Counted from the first letter of the stretch, positions 50,913 through 60,773 are shown. The stretch: 64,000 nt of DNA from Eubacteriales bacterium (GCA_045587385.1 JAZNCE010000007.1:1090-65089); one strand, 5' to 3'. A program made the numbers and translations. The notes: generated by a model not told the origin, from the letters alone.

Positions 50913-51020
50913 CAATGTTTGTAGGGTTGCATAATTTTGATACGGACAATTTGTGCAAGAGTACCCCTTGCAATCATTCTTTATGCCGATGCGAGCAGGA
51001 GCATGCCCCTGCCCGTGCGC

Positions 51021-52556
51021 TTACACGATCAGATACTTGCACCCCTCGATCGACTCGGGGGCATCTGCGGGTGCGTCTGCGTCCAGATCGTTGGCGTTGC
51101 GCACGGCAGACAGCGCGGTAGCGTACCGCTTGGCAACGCTCCAGAGCGAATCGGAACCCGAAGGATAACACACGGTAAACGCGCCGCCCGACCGAGGGTC
51201 TGCCGATTCTCCGTAGCGCACGCCGCGCAGCACGCTGACGGGGGCGGTATCCCACAGCTCAACGGCGCATGCGATCTCACCGTCTACCCCGATGCGCTCT
51301 CCGTCTACTCTTGCGCGGCAGGAAAGCACCTGCACGTGCGCGCGCCAGTCCCGGGGCTCACGGGCGCATTCCAGCTCATACTTCCAAGGCATACTGATCT
51401 CGTGCGGGGAGATCTCACCGTCAGCACTCATCAGCACGATATAATGCGCCGTGCCGCTGATCGTGCACCTGCCCTTCTCCCAGCTCATCTGCTCTGCGTC
51501 CGCGCTGCCGCACACGTCCACAATGCTGCCGCCCGCGGGGATCTCAGCCTCGGCGAGCGCGACGCTGTCGCTTTGCGTAAAGTTACCGTTGAGTGCACGG
51601 ATGGCAACGGGCAACTCGTACTCCCGGTACGCGCACTCGCAGGCACGCTTGGTGGAAAAGGTGTCCTTGGTATAGCACACGGGGCGGTTGCGCATGACGC
51701 GCGCCTGCAGCACCACGCCCACCTCGGCATGCATAAAGGTCTCCTCAACAGCCACGCTCAGCTCGGCACAGTTGCCGACCACGCAGCACTCGCATCCGGA
51801 CGCTGCGCCGTCCACCGTGATGCTGCCCGCAAACGGCAGCTTGCGCACAAGATAGGTGGGTACGGGATCGGGCAGGCTGCCCTGCTCCTCGGCACTCAGC
51901 ATGAGCTTGAGCTCAACCTCACCGCGGCAGTTGACCACGCCCGCGCCGGCGATCGCCTCCTGCACGTGCACCTGCCCCTCGGCACACACAAGGCGCATAT
52001 TTCTGCCCCGCACGTCGGTGAGAATATCCTCGCTCAGGCGCAAGGTTTCCCCAACGCCGTAGCCGATCTGCGCGAGCACCTGCTCCCCCTGCAGCCGCTC
52101 GACCGAAAAGGGATCGACCACGCCCTCGGTCTGCTCCACAGCGGGCAGCGAGCCGAACACGCATGCATCCGCGCGCAAACGGCAACGGATGTTCAGCTTG
52201 CGCGGTGCGCTGACTCTGCCTACCACGCTCTCGGGCACGACGTCTGCCGTGCACAGCTCGGGCTCACAATCGCCCGACTCAAACGGCAAGCTGAACGCGT
52301 ATTCGGTGTGCAGCGGTGCGCAATACAGCCCACCGTCAGCAGCACAGTACAGCACGTAATAATCCAGCGCACCCGAAAATTCAGCGTTGCCAGCCCCCGC
52401 ATAGGGAGCAGCAGGCAGCACGCAGGGGCGAATGCGTAACAGCCGCTTGATCTCGGGCTGATAATCGGGCAGCGAAAAATCTCCCGATACCTCGGTCAGT
52501 ACGGTCTTTTGGCAAAGAGGGATCTGCATTCCCTCGGTATTCGTGTTCAGGTTCAT
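51021..52556 (-). CDS. DUF3794 (SPOCS) domain protein with a C-terminal LysM domain
   Basis: The N-terminus (FSLPDYQPEIKRLLRI) is typical of DUF3794. The C-terminal LysM is YPSGSDSLWSVAKRYATALSAVRNAN. Start at 52556. Confidence 0.8.
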   Translation of the reverse strand: MNLNTNTEGMQIPLCQKTVLTEVSGDFSLPDYQPEIKRLLRIRPCVLPAAPYAGAGNAEFSGALDYYVLYCAADGGLYCAPLHTEYAFSLPFESGDCEPELCTADVVPESVVGRVSAPRKLNIRCRLRADACVFGSLPAVEQTEGVVDPFSVERLQGEQVLAQIGYGVGETLRLSEDILTDVRGRNMRLVCAEGQVHVQEAIAGAGVVNCRGEVELKLMLSAEEQGSLPDPVPTYLVRKLPFAGSITVDGAASGCECCVVGNCAELSVAVEETFMHAEVGVVLQARVMRNRPVCYTKDTFSTKRACECAYREYELPVAIRALNGNFTQSDSVALAEAEIPAGGSIVDVCGSADAEQMSWEKGRCTISGTAHYIVLMSADGEISPHEISMPWKYELECAREPRDWRAHVQVLSCRARVDGERIGVDGEIACAVELWDTAPVSVLRGVRYGESADPRSGGAFTVCYPSGSDSLWSVAKRYATALSAVRNANDLDADAPADAPESIEGCKYLIV

Positions 52557-52637
52557 TGCATGCATCTCCTTTTGGTCTTGCATAGATTTTCGTTACAATC
52601 TATGCACGCACGGACAAAGTCATGCATATAAAGCGCA

Positions 52638-52664
52638 GAAAAACCGCTCGTCCGAGCGGGTTTT
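52638..52664 (-). terminator. rho-independent terminator
   Basis: The minus strand reads CCGCTC-GGAC-GAGCGG followed by TTTTTCTG. Confidence 0.65.
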
Positions 52665-52681
52665 CTCATTACACGTTGTAT

Positions 52682-53245
52682 TTATTTTGCGGATCTTCTG
52701 ATCTCCTTATAGAAAGCGGCTTTTGCGGCATTATAGTAGGGCCATGCGTACACAAGTGCAACACCAAGCGTCAGAATGCTCAGCAGCATCCAGCCCGTAA
52801 AGGAAACGTCCAGCCAAAACAGCTGCCATTTGTGCCCCTTCATCATCTCGCGGCTCTTGGTAATGGCATCGTTGATGCCCATATCCGGCTTTTCCATCAT
52901 GATATACGGCGTCATGGCATACGCATAATACTTGACAATGCCGGGAATGATCAGCAAAAGCGACCAAAGGCAGGTATACAGTCCCATGAGAAAAGAGGCT
53001 CCCCATTTTTTGAACATCTTGCGGAATATGCCGCCGAAAAACGCGCCGACCCTTGCCTTTTTGGTTTGGATCAGCGTCAGGCAAAACGCCGCATAACCAA
53101 ACGTCAGCAATCCCGAAAACAGGATGCCGATACCGGTCATATCCAGCAAGGCAAGCAGCACAACGTACAGCAAAAATGCCACGATAGCGGCAAACCAGTT
53201 GCCCTCCAATGCGTATTTCGCCTTGATCTTTACTCTTTTAACCAT
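52682..53245 (-). CDS. DUF975 family membrane protein
   Basis: KAKYALEGNWFAAIVAFLL..., and a paralog of 53858-54445 (...ITKSREMMKGHKWQLF...). Confidence 0.8.
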   Translation of the reverse strand: MVKRVKIKAKYALEGNWFAAIVAFLLYVVLLALLDMTGIGILFSGLLTFGYAAFCLTLIQTKKARVGAFFGGIFRKMFKKWGASFLMGLYTCLWSLLLIIPGIVKYYAYAMTPYIMMEKPDMGINDAITKSREMMKGHKWQLFWLDVSFTGWMLLSILTLGVALVYAWPYYNAAKAAFYKEIRRSAK

Positions 53246-53257
53246 GTCTGTATTCTC

Positions 53258-53803
53258 CTAAAGCTCTACTTTTTTTGCATATTGCAACGCATCCAGCACG
53301 CTTTCCCAGCGTGCGCGCACGTCGCTCTCGGGATCATCCTCGATCACGGGGACAAATCCCGCATCCAGATACGTTTTGATTGCCGCCAAGCGAAAATCGT
53401 CGGTGGTCAGCACGCTATGCGTGCATCCGCGTGCCTCAAGCTGTCGCAGCGCATGGCGCAGCATGGCATGTCCGATACCTCTGCCGCGTACGCCGGGCGC
53501 AGCTGCGACCATATGAATATATCCCTCTTGCCCGTGGCACACCGCTGCTGTGGTGGCAACGCGTCTGCCCGTTCCCTGCTCCACCACGAAAAAAAGATCG
53601 CGCTCGGGACACAGATCGGGATATTGCACAATGGTATCGGTAAACCATTTTTCTTCCTTGGAGGGGATCAATGCCTCAAAGCACAGCTCCAGCCAATCCT
53701 CTGTCTGCTCACGCTTGCCGCAGTAAAATTCATAGCAGTACCCCTGCGGCAGCTCCCTGCTCTCTACGGGTGCGCTCTCGCGGCGCATTCTCAGTTGCTT
53801 CAT
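53258..53803 (-). CDS. GNAT family N-acetyltransferase
   Basis: Acetyl-CoA motif A (VAAAPGVRGRGIGHAMLRHAL). I prefer the start at 53803 after GAGAGGG; 53854 is possible. Confidence 0.8.
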   Translation of the reverse strand: MKQLRMRRESAPVESRELPQGYCYEFYCGKREQTEDWLELCFEALIPSKEEKWFTDTIVQYPDLCPERDLFFVVEQGTGRRVATTAAVCHGQEGYIHMVAAAPGVRGRGIGHAMLRHALRQLEARGCTHSVLTTDDFRLAAIKTYLDAGFVPVIEDDPESDVRARWESVLDALQYAKKVEL

Positions 53804-53857
53804 AATCGCCCTCTCTATCACAAAGCCGCAGCTGATGCTGCGGCTTTGTATCATTTA

Positions 53858-54445
53858 TCAGCCCTTGATTGCCTTGAGCTCTTCGTAGAACTGAGCTCTG
53901 GTTGCAGTGTAGAAGGGATTTACGTACAGCAGGTTGAGCAGAACACCGAAGAAGGGGATCATGCAAAGCAGTCTCCACAGAATGAAGGACAGATCCAGTA
54001 CAAACAGCTTCCACTTGTAGCCCTTCATCATCTGACGGCTCTTGGTGATTGCTTCGTTTGCGGTCAGCTCGGGGTTGTCGAGCAGGATGTACTCCGTCAT
54101 TGCGTAGGAGTAAGACTTGACGATACCGGGGATGATAAACAGCAGGTACCATAAGAACAGGTACAGAACCTTGAGCCAGTAGGTACCCAGCTTCTTCAAG
54201 AAGCCTTCGATGGATGCTGTGAACAGGGTGACGAACTTAACGTCACCGGCGCGGACAAGACTCAGATAGAATGCAGCAAAACCGAATTCGAGGACGACTG
54301 CGGCAAGGCTGACGATCCAGCCGATCAAGGGAATCATACCGATAACCCAGTTGACACCGATCAATGCCAAGCCAACCAGAATAGCGATACCCCAGTGACC
54401 CTTCAGGGCAGCTCTTGCCTGCTTTTTGAGTGCAGATCTTTTCAT
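53858..54445 (-). CDS. DUF975 family membrane protein (paralog)
   Basis: KKQARAALKGHWGIAILVGL... and ...ITKSRQMMKGYKWKLF... Confidence 0.8.
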   Translation of the reverse strand: MKRSALKKQARAALKGHWGIAILVGLALIGVNWVIGMIPLIGWIVSLAAVVLEFGFAAFYLSLVRAGDVKFVTLFTASIEGFLKKLGTYWLKVLYLFLWYLLFIIPGIVKSYSYAMTEYILLDNPELTANEAITKSRQMMKGYKWKLFVLDLSFILWRLLCMIPFFGVLLNLLYVNPFYTATRAQFYEELKAIKG

Positions 54446-54662
54446 GATAAACCTCCGTTAAGGAAAATACAGAAAGCCAAGGATTATTTGCAAAATTCGC
54501 GCATGCGCCTTTCTTTCTTACCAAACATTATAGCATCAAAAAAAACGCGTGTCAAGTCGATTACGGGTATTTTTTGACAGATATATGAAAAAACTATTGT
54601 GCAAATGCGAAAAATGCGTTATAATAAGATGATATTGATACTACGTTGGCGAAAGGAGCCCT

Positions 54663-55745
54663 TTGATCATGCAACAAACTCCCGATTTTTCACGTGCAAG
54701 AGAAATACTGCAAAACGGATTGGAGGCAGGCGCGTACCCCTGCATTGCCTATGCCATTGGGTGCGGCGACACGGTACTTGACAGCGGCTTTATGGGCAAC
54801 AAGCAAGTCAATCCCGAAATGCTTCCCCTGGAGCGAGACACCCTTTTTGATCTTGCTTCTCTTTCCAAGCTTGTATCCACCACCATGGTGGCGTTGCGCA
54901 TGCTGGAACAAGGTAAAATAGAGCTGACCGATCCCCTTTCGCGTTATTTTGCAATTCCCGAGGACGCCCCCCAGGGCAGAGGCGACGTGACCATCCGACA
55001 CCTTTTGCACCACAATTCGGGGCTGACGCCGCACATCCCGCTTTGGACGCAGACCGATGATCCCGCAAAGGCGGTAGACGTGATCCTGCGCTCCAAGCCC
55101 TGGTGCGCACCCGGTGAGCAGGTGCACTATTCCTGCATGGGCTACATCCTTTTGCAAAAGATCTTGGAGCAGGTGGGCGACGCCCCCTTGGACGTGCTGG
55201 CAAAGCGCGAGGTATTCGAGCCGCTGGGCATGCACAACACCTGCTACAATCCCACCACAAAAAACGTGGTTACCACCGAGTTCTCCTCGCTGCACGGCGA
55301 GTACCTGTGCGGACGCGTGCACGATGAAAACGCCTCCTTTATGGGCGGTGTTTCGGGAAACGCGGGCGTGTTCTCCCCTTTGGATGACATGACCAAATTT
55401 GCACGTATGATCGCTGCGGGCGGCGTGCTTGACGGCAAGACGTTTCTCAATCCCCGCACCTTTGAAAAAGCCATTCAGAACGCCACCCCCGGTAAAAACG
55501 AGGATCGCGGACTTGGGTTCCAGCTCACGCCCTCCTTCTCTTACATGACGGGCGCGCTGTTTTCCGAGGGCAGCTACGGACATACCGGCTTTACGGGCAC
55601 GGCACTTTACGTGGACCGCGAAAGCAGACTGTGGGGCATGATACTGACCAACGCCGTCCATTTCGGGCGTAATAAGACCGAGCTTTTCCGCACGCGCAGA
55701 CTGTTCTTCAACAGCTTTGCGGATGCATTTTTCCGCGCACAATAA
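54663..55745 (+). CDS. serine hydrolase, beta-lactamase/transpeptidase-like (class C-type fold)
   Basis: SxxK motif (ASLSKLV) and HTGFTG near the C-terminus. The ORF-track start is TTG at 54663; the alternative is ATG at 54669. Confidence 0.85.
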   Translation: MIMQQTPDFSRAREILQNGLEAGAYPCIAYAIGCGDTVLDSGFMGNKQVNPEMLPLERDTLFDLASLSKLVSTTMVALRMLEQGKIELTDPLSRYFAIPEDAPQGRGDVTIRHLLHHNSGLTPHIPLWTQTDDPAKAVDVILRSKPWCAPGEQVHYSCMGYILLQKILEQVGDAPLDVLAKREVFEPLGMHNTCYNPTTKNVVTTEFSSLHGEYLCGRVHDENASFMGGVSGNAGVFSPLDDMTKFARMIAAGGVLDGKTFLNPRTFEKAIQNATPGKNEDRGLGFQLTPSFSYMTGALFSEGSYGHTGFTGTALYVDRESRLWGMILTNAVHFGRNKTELFRTRRLFFNSFADAFFRAQ

Positions 55746-55817
55746 TTTACAAAATCCGCTTGCATGTGACGCTGCAGGCATGCTATAATTGACTCATGAA
55801 AACACTTGGAGGTACAC

Positions 55818-56519
55818 ATGGAACAGATCTATACCATACCCGTCAACGAGGCGTTTGAGGCGTCCGCCGCAGACCACGCGCTGGGCTGCCCCTTTTGCGC
55901 CATTTACAACAAATTGGAGGAAAACGAGCTGGATCTGATCCTTGGTGCTTCCATGATGGAGCCCGACATCCGCATCCGCACCAACGAGGAGGGCTTTTGC
56001 CGCACGCATTACGACATGATGTTCGTGCGCAAGAACCGCCTTGGCATGGCATTGACCTTGGAAAGTCACCTGGATCAGCTGCGTAAGGAAATTAAGGGAA
56101 ATCCCGCAAAATCCGCCAAGCGCATTGACAAGCTGGAGTGCTCGTGCTACGTTTGCAACCGCATCGCTTTCCACTTTGAGCACATGGTTGGCACGGCGGT
56201 GCTGCTTTGGAATACCGACGAGGATTTCCCTGCCAAGCTCAAAGCACAGCCCTATTTCTGCCTGCCGCACTACAAAAAGCTGCTGCAGTACGGGCAGGGT
56301 CGCTTGCCCAAGAAAAAGATCAATGCGTTCATGGATGACGTGGAGGGCGTGGAGCTTACCTACTTTGACGAGCTGCGCGAGGACGTCAGCTGGTTCTGCA
56401 AAAAATTCGACTACCGTTACGACGACGAGCCCTGGTACAACTCCAAGGACGCCGTGGAGCGCGCCTTCAAATTCCTGCGCTCCGACTTGCATAAGGGCGA
56501 CAAGCCCAAGAAAAACTAA
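55818..56519 (+). CDS. Cys-rich protein, DUF6062-like
   Basis: ATG lies 5 nt after GGAGG. Cys/His pairs CPFC, FCRTHY, CSCYVC and FCLPHY. The family call is by resemblance. Confidence 0.7.
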   Translation: MEQIYTIPVNEAFEASAADHALGCPFCAIYNKLEENELDLILGASMMEPDIRIRTNEEGFCRTHYDMMFVRKNRLGMALTLESHLDQLRKEIKGNPAKSAKRIDKLECSCYVCNRIAFHFEHMVGTAVLLWNTDEDFPAKLKAQPYFCLPHYKKLLQYGQGRLPKKKINAFMDDVEGVELTYFDELREDVSWFCKKFDYRYDDEPWYNSKDAVERAFKFLRSDLHKGDKPKKN

Positions 56520-56531
56520 CGAGGTACCATC

Positions 56532-57086
56532 ATGATCGATCTGCTTTCCTTACATAAGCTGTTTATCGGCAACCATATCAAAGAGGGTGACGTTGTCGTG
56601 GACTTTACCATGGGCAACGGCCACGATACCGCATTCTTGTCCAAAGCCGTAGGCCCCGAGGGGCACGTATACGCCTTTGATATTCAGGCGCAGGCGGTGG
56701 AGTCCACCCGCAAAAACCTCATCGAACAGGGCTGCCCCGAGAACTATACGCTCATCCACGATTCCCACCATAAGGTCAAGGAATACGTCAAGACGCCCTT
56801 CCGCGTGGGTATGTTCAATCTCGGTTGGCTGCCGGGCGGTGACAAATCCATCACCACCATGCGCGAAACCACCCTGCCCGCCATCCGCGACGCCATTGAG
56901 CTACTCGACCGCGACGGCATTCTCAATATTGCCATTTACCCCGGACATAAAGAGGGCGACGAGGAGGGCAAGCTGGTATGCGAATACCTCTCTTCCCTTT
57001 CCCGCTTCAAGGTATGCGTCACACGCGTACAGATTATCAATTCCCCCACCTCTCCATATTTTCTGATGGTGGAAACCAAGCCGTAA
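56532..57086 (+). CDS. mnmM: SAM-dependent tRNA (mnm5s2U34) methyltransferase, YtqB/MnmM family
   Basis: It aligns by eye along its whole length with B. subtilis YtqB (DFTMGNGHDTAFL, GHVYAFDIQ, FNLGWLPGGDKSITT). Confidence 0.8.
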   Translation: MIDLLSLHKLFIGNHIKEGDVVVDFTMGNGHDTAFLSKAVGPEGHVYAFDIQAQAVESTRKNLIEQGCPENYTLIHDSHHKVKEYVKTPFRVGMFNLGWLPGGDKSITTMRETTLPAIRDAIELLDRDGILNIAIYPGHKEGDEEGKLVCEYLSSLSRFKVCVTRVQIINSPTSPYFLMVETKP

Positions 57087-57096
57087 AGGAGCTTCT

Positions 57097-57807
57097 ATGA
57101 ACTTTCTGAAAACGCTGATCTTGCCGCTTTGCCTGATCTGCGGCATGACCATGGTCGCAGGCTGCAAGCAAGACGATCCGGGACTCAATTCCGATTATAT
57201 CAACACCAAAAACACCGAATATCTGGTGCTGCTCAACAAAACGCACCCCTCGGGCGCAAGCTACTGCCCGCCCGATCTGACCAAGTTAGATAGCGAATTG
57301 ACGCTTTACGGCAAGGAGATTGAGCTGCGCCTGTACGCAGCCAAGGCTGCAGAGGCAATGGTCAAGGAGCTGCACGCACAAGGGTACACCGACATTGTGG
57401 TGACCAGCGGCTACCGCTCCTATTCCTACCAGCAATCGCTTTTCAACACGTATATAGAGCAGGAAAAGGCGGCACACCCCACCTGGACAGACGCGCAGGT
57501 GCGCGACTTGGTGCTGACCTACTCGGCAGCCCCCGGCACCAGCGAGCACCATACGGGCAACGCTATTGACTTAATCAGCACCAATTACGTTTCTCTTGAC
57601 GAGACCTTTGCGCAAAATCCCGCCTACGAGTGGCTGCAGCAAAATGCGCACCGCTTTGGCTTTATTTTGCGCTATCCTGCCGACAAAACCGATATTACCG
57701 GCTATTCCTACGAGCCCTGGCACTACCGCTTTGTCGGTGCGGATGCCGCAACCGAAATACACGAGCGCGGACTGACGCTGGAAGAATACCTTGGCATTTT
57801 AGATTGA
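57097..57807 (+). CDS. M15B (VanY-like) D-alanyl-D-alanine carboxypeptidase family lipoprotein
   Basis: Lipobox TMVAGC. Motifs SGYRSYSYQ, SEHHTGNAIDL and EPWHYRFVG. Confidence 0.88.
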   Translation: MNFLKTLILPLCLICGMTMVAGCKQDDPGLNSDYINTKNTEYLVLLNKTHPSGASYCPPDLTKLDSELTLYGKEIELRLYAAKAAEAMVKELHAQGYTDIVVTSGYRSYSYQQSLFNTYIEQEKAAHPTWTDAQVRDLVLTYSAAPGTSEHHTGNAIDLISTNYVSLDETFAQNPAYEWLQQNAHRFGFILRYPADKTDITGYSYEPWHYRFVGADAATEIHERGLTLEEYLGILD

Positions 57808-57817
57808 GGAGGACAAT

Positions 57818-58819
57818 ATGAACGTAGCACAAATTCTTGCAGGCATGACACTTGAAGAAAAGGTAGGTCAGATGTTTGTCACCCGCCGTCCGCAGGACGA
57901 CGAGGTTGCCATGAAGTGCGTGACCGATTATCACATAGGCGGCTTTACCCTTTACGCCGTGGATTTTGCAAACCGCACGCCCGACGAGGTACGCGCGCTG
58001 ATTGCATCCTATCAGGAAGCTTCCCCCATTCCCATGTTTATTGCGGTGGACTGCGAGGGCGGCACGGTGGTGCGCGCCTCCAAGTACCCTGCATACCGCC
58101 AAACGCCCTATCTCTCTCCCCGCGAGCTGCTGGCACAGGGCGGCATTGACGCCGCATACGCCGACGCCTGCGAGAAATCCGATTTTCTGCGCGATCTGGG
58201 CGTCAACTTCAACTACGCCCCCGTTTGTGATATGTCCGGCAACCCCGATTGCTTTATCTACAAGCGCACCGCCTCGCACGATCCCGAGGAAACTGCCGCT
58301 TACATTGCAGCCGTTGTGCGCGGCATGAACGAGCACGGCATGATCGGCAGCCTCAAGCACTTCCCCGGCTACGGCGACAACGTGGACACACATACCTCCA
58401 TCGCGCACGACGACCGCGACATGGAGACCTTTATGACGCGTGACCTCGCTCCCTTCCGCGCAGGCATTGCCGCAGGCGCACCCGTGGTCATGGTGGCGCA
58501 CAACATCGTGTCCTGCATGGATGCCGAAATCCCCGCATCGCTCTCCCCTGCCGTACATAAGCTGCTGCGCGAGGAAATGGGCTTTGAGGGCTTGATCATT
58601 ACCGACTCGCTGGATATGAACGCCATTACCCTGTACACGGGTGACCGCGCAAGTGCAGTGCAGGCGGTGCTTTCGGGCAACGACCTGCTTTGCTGCTCCT
58701 CTTACGACAAGCAGTACCCCGCCGTACTGGACGCTGTGCGCGACGGCACCATCCCCGAGGAAATGATCGACAACGCCGTGCGCAAGATCCTTGCACTTAA
58801 AGCAAAAATGCTGCATTAA
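57818..58819 (+). CDS. glycoside hydrolase family 3 N-terminal domain protein (NagZ-like beta-N-acetylhexosaminidase)
   Basis: KHFPGYGDNVDTH motif; GFEGLIITDSLDM. Confidence 0.85.
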   Translation: MNVAQILAGMTLEEKVGQMFVTRRPQDDEVAMKCVTDYHIGGFTLYAVDFANRTPDEVRALIASYQEASPIPMFIAVDCEGGTVVRASKYPAYRQTPYLSPRELLAQGGIDAAYADACEKSDFLRDLGVNFNYAPVCDMSGNPDCFIYKRTASHDPEETAAYIAAVVRGMNEHGMIGSLKHFPGYGDNVDTHTSIAHDDRDMETFMTRDLAPFRAGIAAGAPVVMVAHNIVSCMDAEIPASLSPAVHKLLREEMGFEGLIITDSLDMNAITLYTGDRASAVQAVLSGNDLLCCSSYDKQYPAVLDAVRDGTIPEEMIDNAVRKILALKAKMLH

Positions 58820-58831
58820 AGGAGCCCCGAA

Positions 58832-60334
58832 ATGGAACTTAATCAAGCTTGTGAGCAATTAAAAGAACTGCAGGAAAAGCTGAGCGCATTCGGTCACGCC
58901 ATGGCGTTGATCTATTTTGACGGCGCAACCACCGCCCCCAAGGGCACAGCCGCCAATCGCGGACAGACACTCTCGATCCTCAGCCGCGAAAGCTATCTGC
59001 TCTCCACGGGTGAGCAAACCGTTGCGCTGCTTTGCTATCTGGACGGGCACAAGGACGAGCTGGACGCCAAAATCGCGCGCCAGGTCGAGATCCTTTATAA
59101 GGATATCAAGGAAATGCAAAAGATTCCCATGGAGGAATACGTGGCATACCAGCAGGTGCTGGTAGAGGCGGACGACGCCTGGCACACCGCCAAGGAGACC
59201 AACGATTTTGCTCTGTTCTGCCCTTACCTTGAACAAATCTTTGCAACCGAGCGTCGCTTTGCTGCCTATTGCGCGCCTGATATGCACCCCTATAACTACT
59301 GCCTTGATAAATACGAAGAGGGCTTGACCATGGAAAAGTGCGACCAATTCTTCGGCGCGCTGCGCAGCCGTCTGGTTCCTCTGATCGCCAAGATCGGCAA
59401 GGCACAGCAGGTGTCCGACGCTTGCATTTGGGGTGATTTCCCCGAACATGAGCAGGAGAAATTCTCTCTTACCCTGATGCGCACCATGGGCATTGACATG
59501 GCGCATTGCGGGCTGGGCACAACAGAGCACCCCTTTACCACCAGCCTCGGCTCGCACCACGACGTGCGTATTACCACCAACTATGACCGCGAAAACCTTG
59601 CAAGCTCGATGTTCAGCGTCATTCACGAGGGCGGGCATGCGCTTTATGATCTGAATTCCGACGATTCGCTTGCCTATACCGTGCTGGATGGCGGCGTTTC
59701 CATGGGTATTCACGAAAGCCAGAGCCGTTTTTATGAAAATCTGCTGGGCAGAAGCCGCGCGTTCGTGGGCTACATATTCCCCAAGATGCAGGAGTGTTTC
59801 CCCGCGCAGCTTGCAAACTGCACCGCAGAAGACGTTTACCGCGCGATCAACAAGGTCACGCCTTCTCTGATCCGCATCGATGCCGATGAGGTCACGTATT
59901 GCCTGCACGTGATGGTACGCTACGAGCTGGAGAAGCAAGTCATGTCGGGTGACCTTGCGGTCAAGGACCTGCCCGCGGCATGGAACGCGCTTTACAAGGA
60001 ATACCTTGGCGTGGACGTGCCCGACGACACCCACGGTGTGCTGCAGGACAGCCATTGGTCGGGCGGCGGCATCGGCTACTTCCCCTCCTACGCGCTGGGC
60101 AGTGCCTACGGCGCACAGCTGCTTGCCAAGATGCGCGAGAGCGTGGACGTGGACGCCTGCTTGGCTGCGGGTGATTTTGCGCCCATCAACGCATGGAACC
60201 GCGAGCACATCTGGCGCCACGGCTGCCAAAAGAAGCCCGGTCAGCTGCTTGCCGACGCGCTGGGCTGTGACTTTGATCCCACCTACTACACCGATTATCT
60301 GGAAAAGAAATATACCGAGCTTTACGGACTCTAA
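58832..60334 (+). CDS. M32 family carboxypeptidase (Taq-type)
   Basis: Motifs HEGGHALY (HExxH), HESQSRFYEN and GYFPSYALG. Confidence 0.9.
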   Translation: MELNQACEQLKELQEKLSAFGHAMALIYFDGATTAPKGTAANRGQTLSILSRESYLLSTGEQTVALLCYLDGHKDELDAKIARQVEILYKDIKEMQKIPMEEYVAYQQVLVEADDAWHTAKETNDFALFCPYLEQIFATERRFAAYCAPDMHPYNYCLDKYEEGLTMEKCDQFFGALRSRLVPLIAKIGKAQQVSDACIWGDFPEHEQEKFSLTLMRTMGIDMAHCGLGTTEHPFTTSLGSHHDVRITTNYDRENLASSMFSVIHEGGHALYDLNSDDSLAYTVLDGGVSMGIHESQSRFYENLLGRSRAFVGYIFPKMQECFPAQLANCTAEDVYRAINKVTPSLIRIDADEVTYCLHVMVRYELEKQVMSGDLAVKDLPAAWNALYKEYLGVDVPDDTHGVLQDSHWSGGGIGYFPSYALGSAYGAQLLAKMRESVDVDACLAAGDFAPINAWNREHIWRHGCQKKPGQLLADALGCDFDPTYYTDYLEKKYTELYGL

Positions 60335-60391
60335 CACAAAAAACCCTTGCCGCTTCGCTCTGTATTCTTATCGGAGAATTCAATTTCATAA

Positions 60392-60554
60392 CGTAGGGCG
60401 GGGGCTTGCTCCCGCCGAAGAAACAAATATATTTCCACAATATCGTAGGGGCGGATTCCATATCCGCCCTTTCCTTTTCGGGAGCATATGGAATGCTCCC
60501 CTACGGTGACACATGTTGAGAACAAAACCGGCGGGAGCAAGCCCCCGCCCTACG
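60392..60554. repeat. 163-nt nested palindromic element, GTAGGG-headed (REP-like family)
   Basis: The outer arms are a perfect 25-nt pair, CGTAGGGCGGGGGCTTGCTCCCGCC (60392-60416) and its complement (60530-60554). The inner hairpins are TCGTAGGGGCGGAT-TCCAT-ATCCGCC (60443-60469) and GGGAGCAT-ATGGA-ATGCTCCC-CTACGG (60480-60506). Confidence 0.8.
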
Positions 60555-60617
60555 ACGCATTATCTCTCTGCAATTAGTGGGTTCGGGCTTCTGCCCGATT
60601 GCGTATGGACATCCACG

Positions 60618-60653
60618 CGCTATGCTTGCCCCAGACGCAAGCGTTGGGAAAGC
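60618..60653 (+). repeat. upstream repeat copy A (CGCTATGCTTGCCCCAGACGCAAGCGTTGGGAAAGC)
   Basis: It matches 61817-61853 with 2 substitutions and 1 indel. Both copies lie 110-155 nt upstream of a regulator gene. Confidence 0.75.
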
Positions 60654-60662
60654 GGAAAATAC

Positions 60663-60691
60663 TTGATAACAGCTTAAAACTATGGTATAAT
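60663..60691 (+). promoter_or_regulatory. sigma70-type promoter of the AraC-family gene
   Basis: TTGATA (60663-60668), 17 nt, TGGTATAAT-type extended -10 (TATAAT at 60686-60691). Confidence 0.55.
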
Positions 60692-60773
60692 ATATCCGAT
60701 ATATCTTCGCACAGAATGTCGGGATTTTCAAAACGCTTTCTGGTAAAATATAGGCAGACAGGAGGGATGATGA

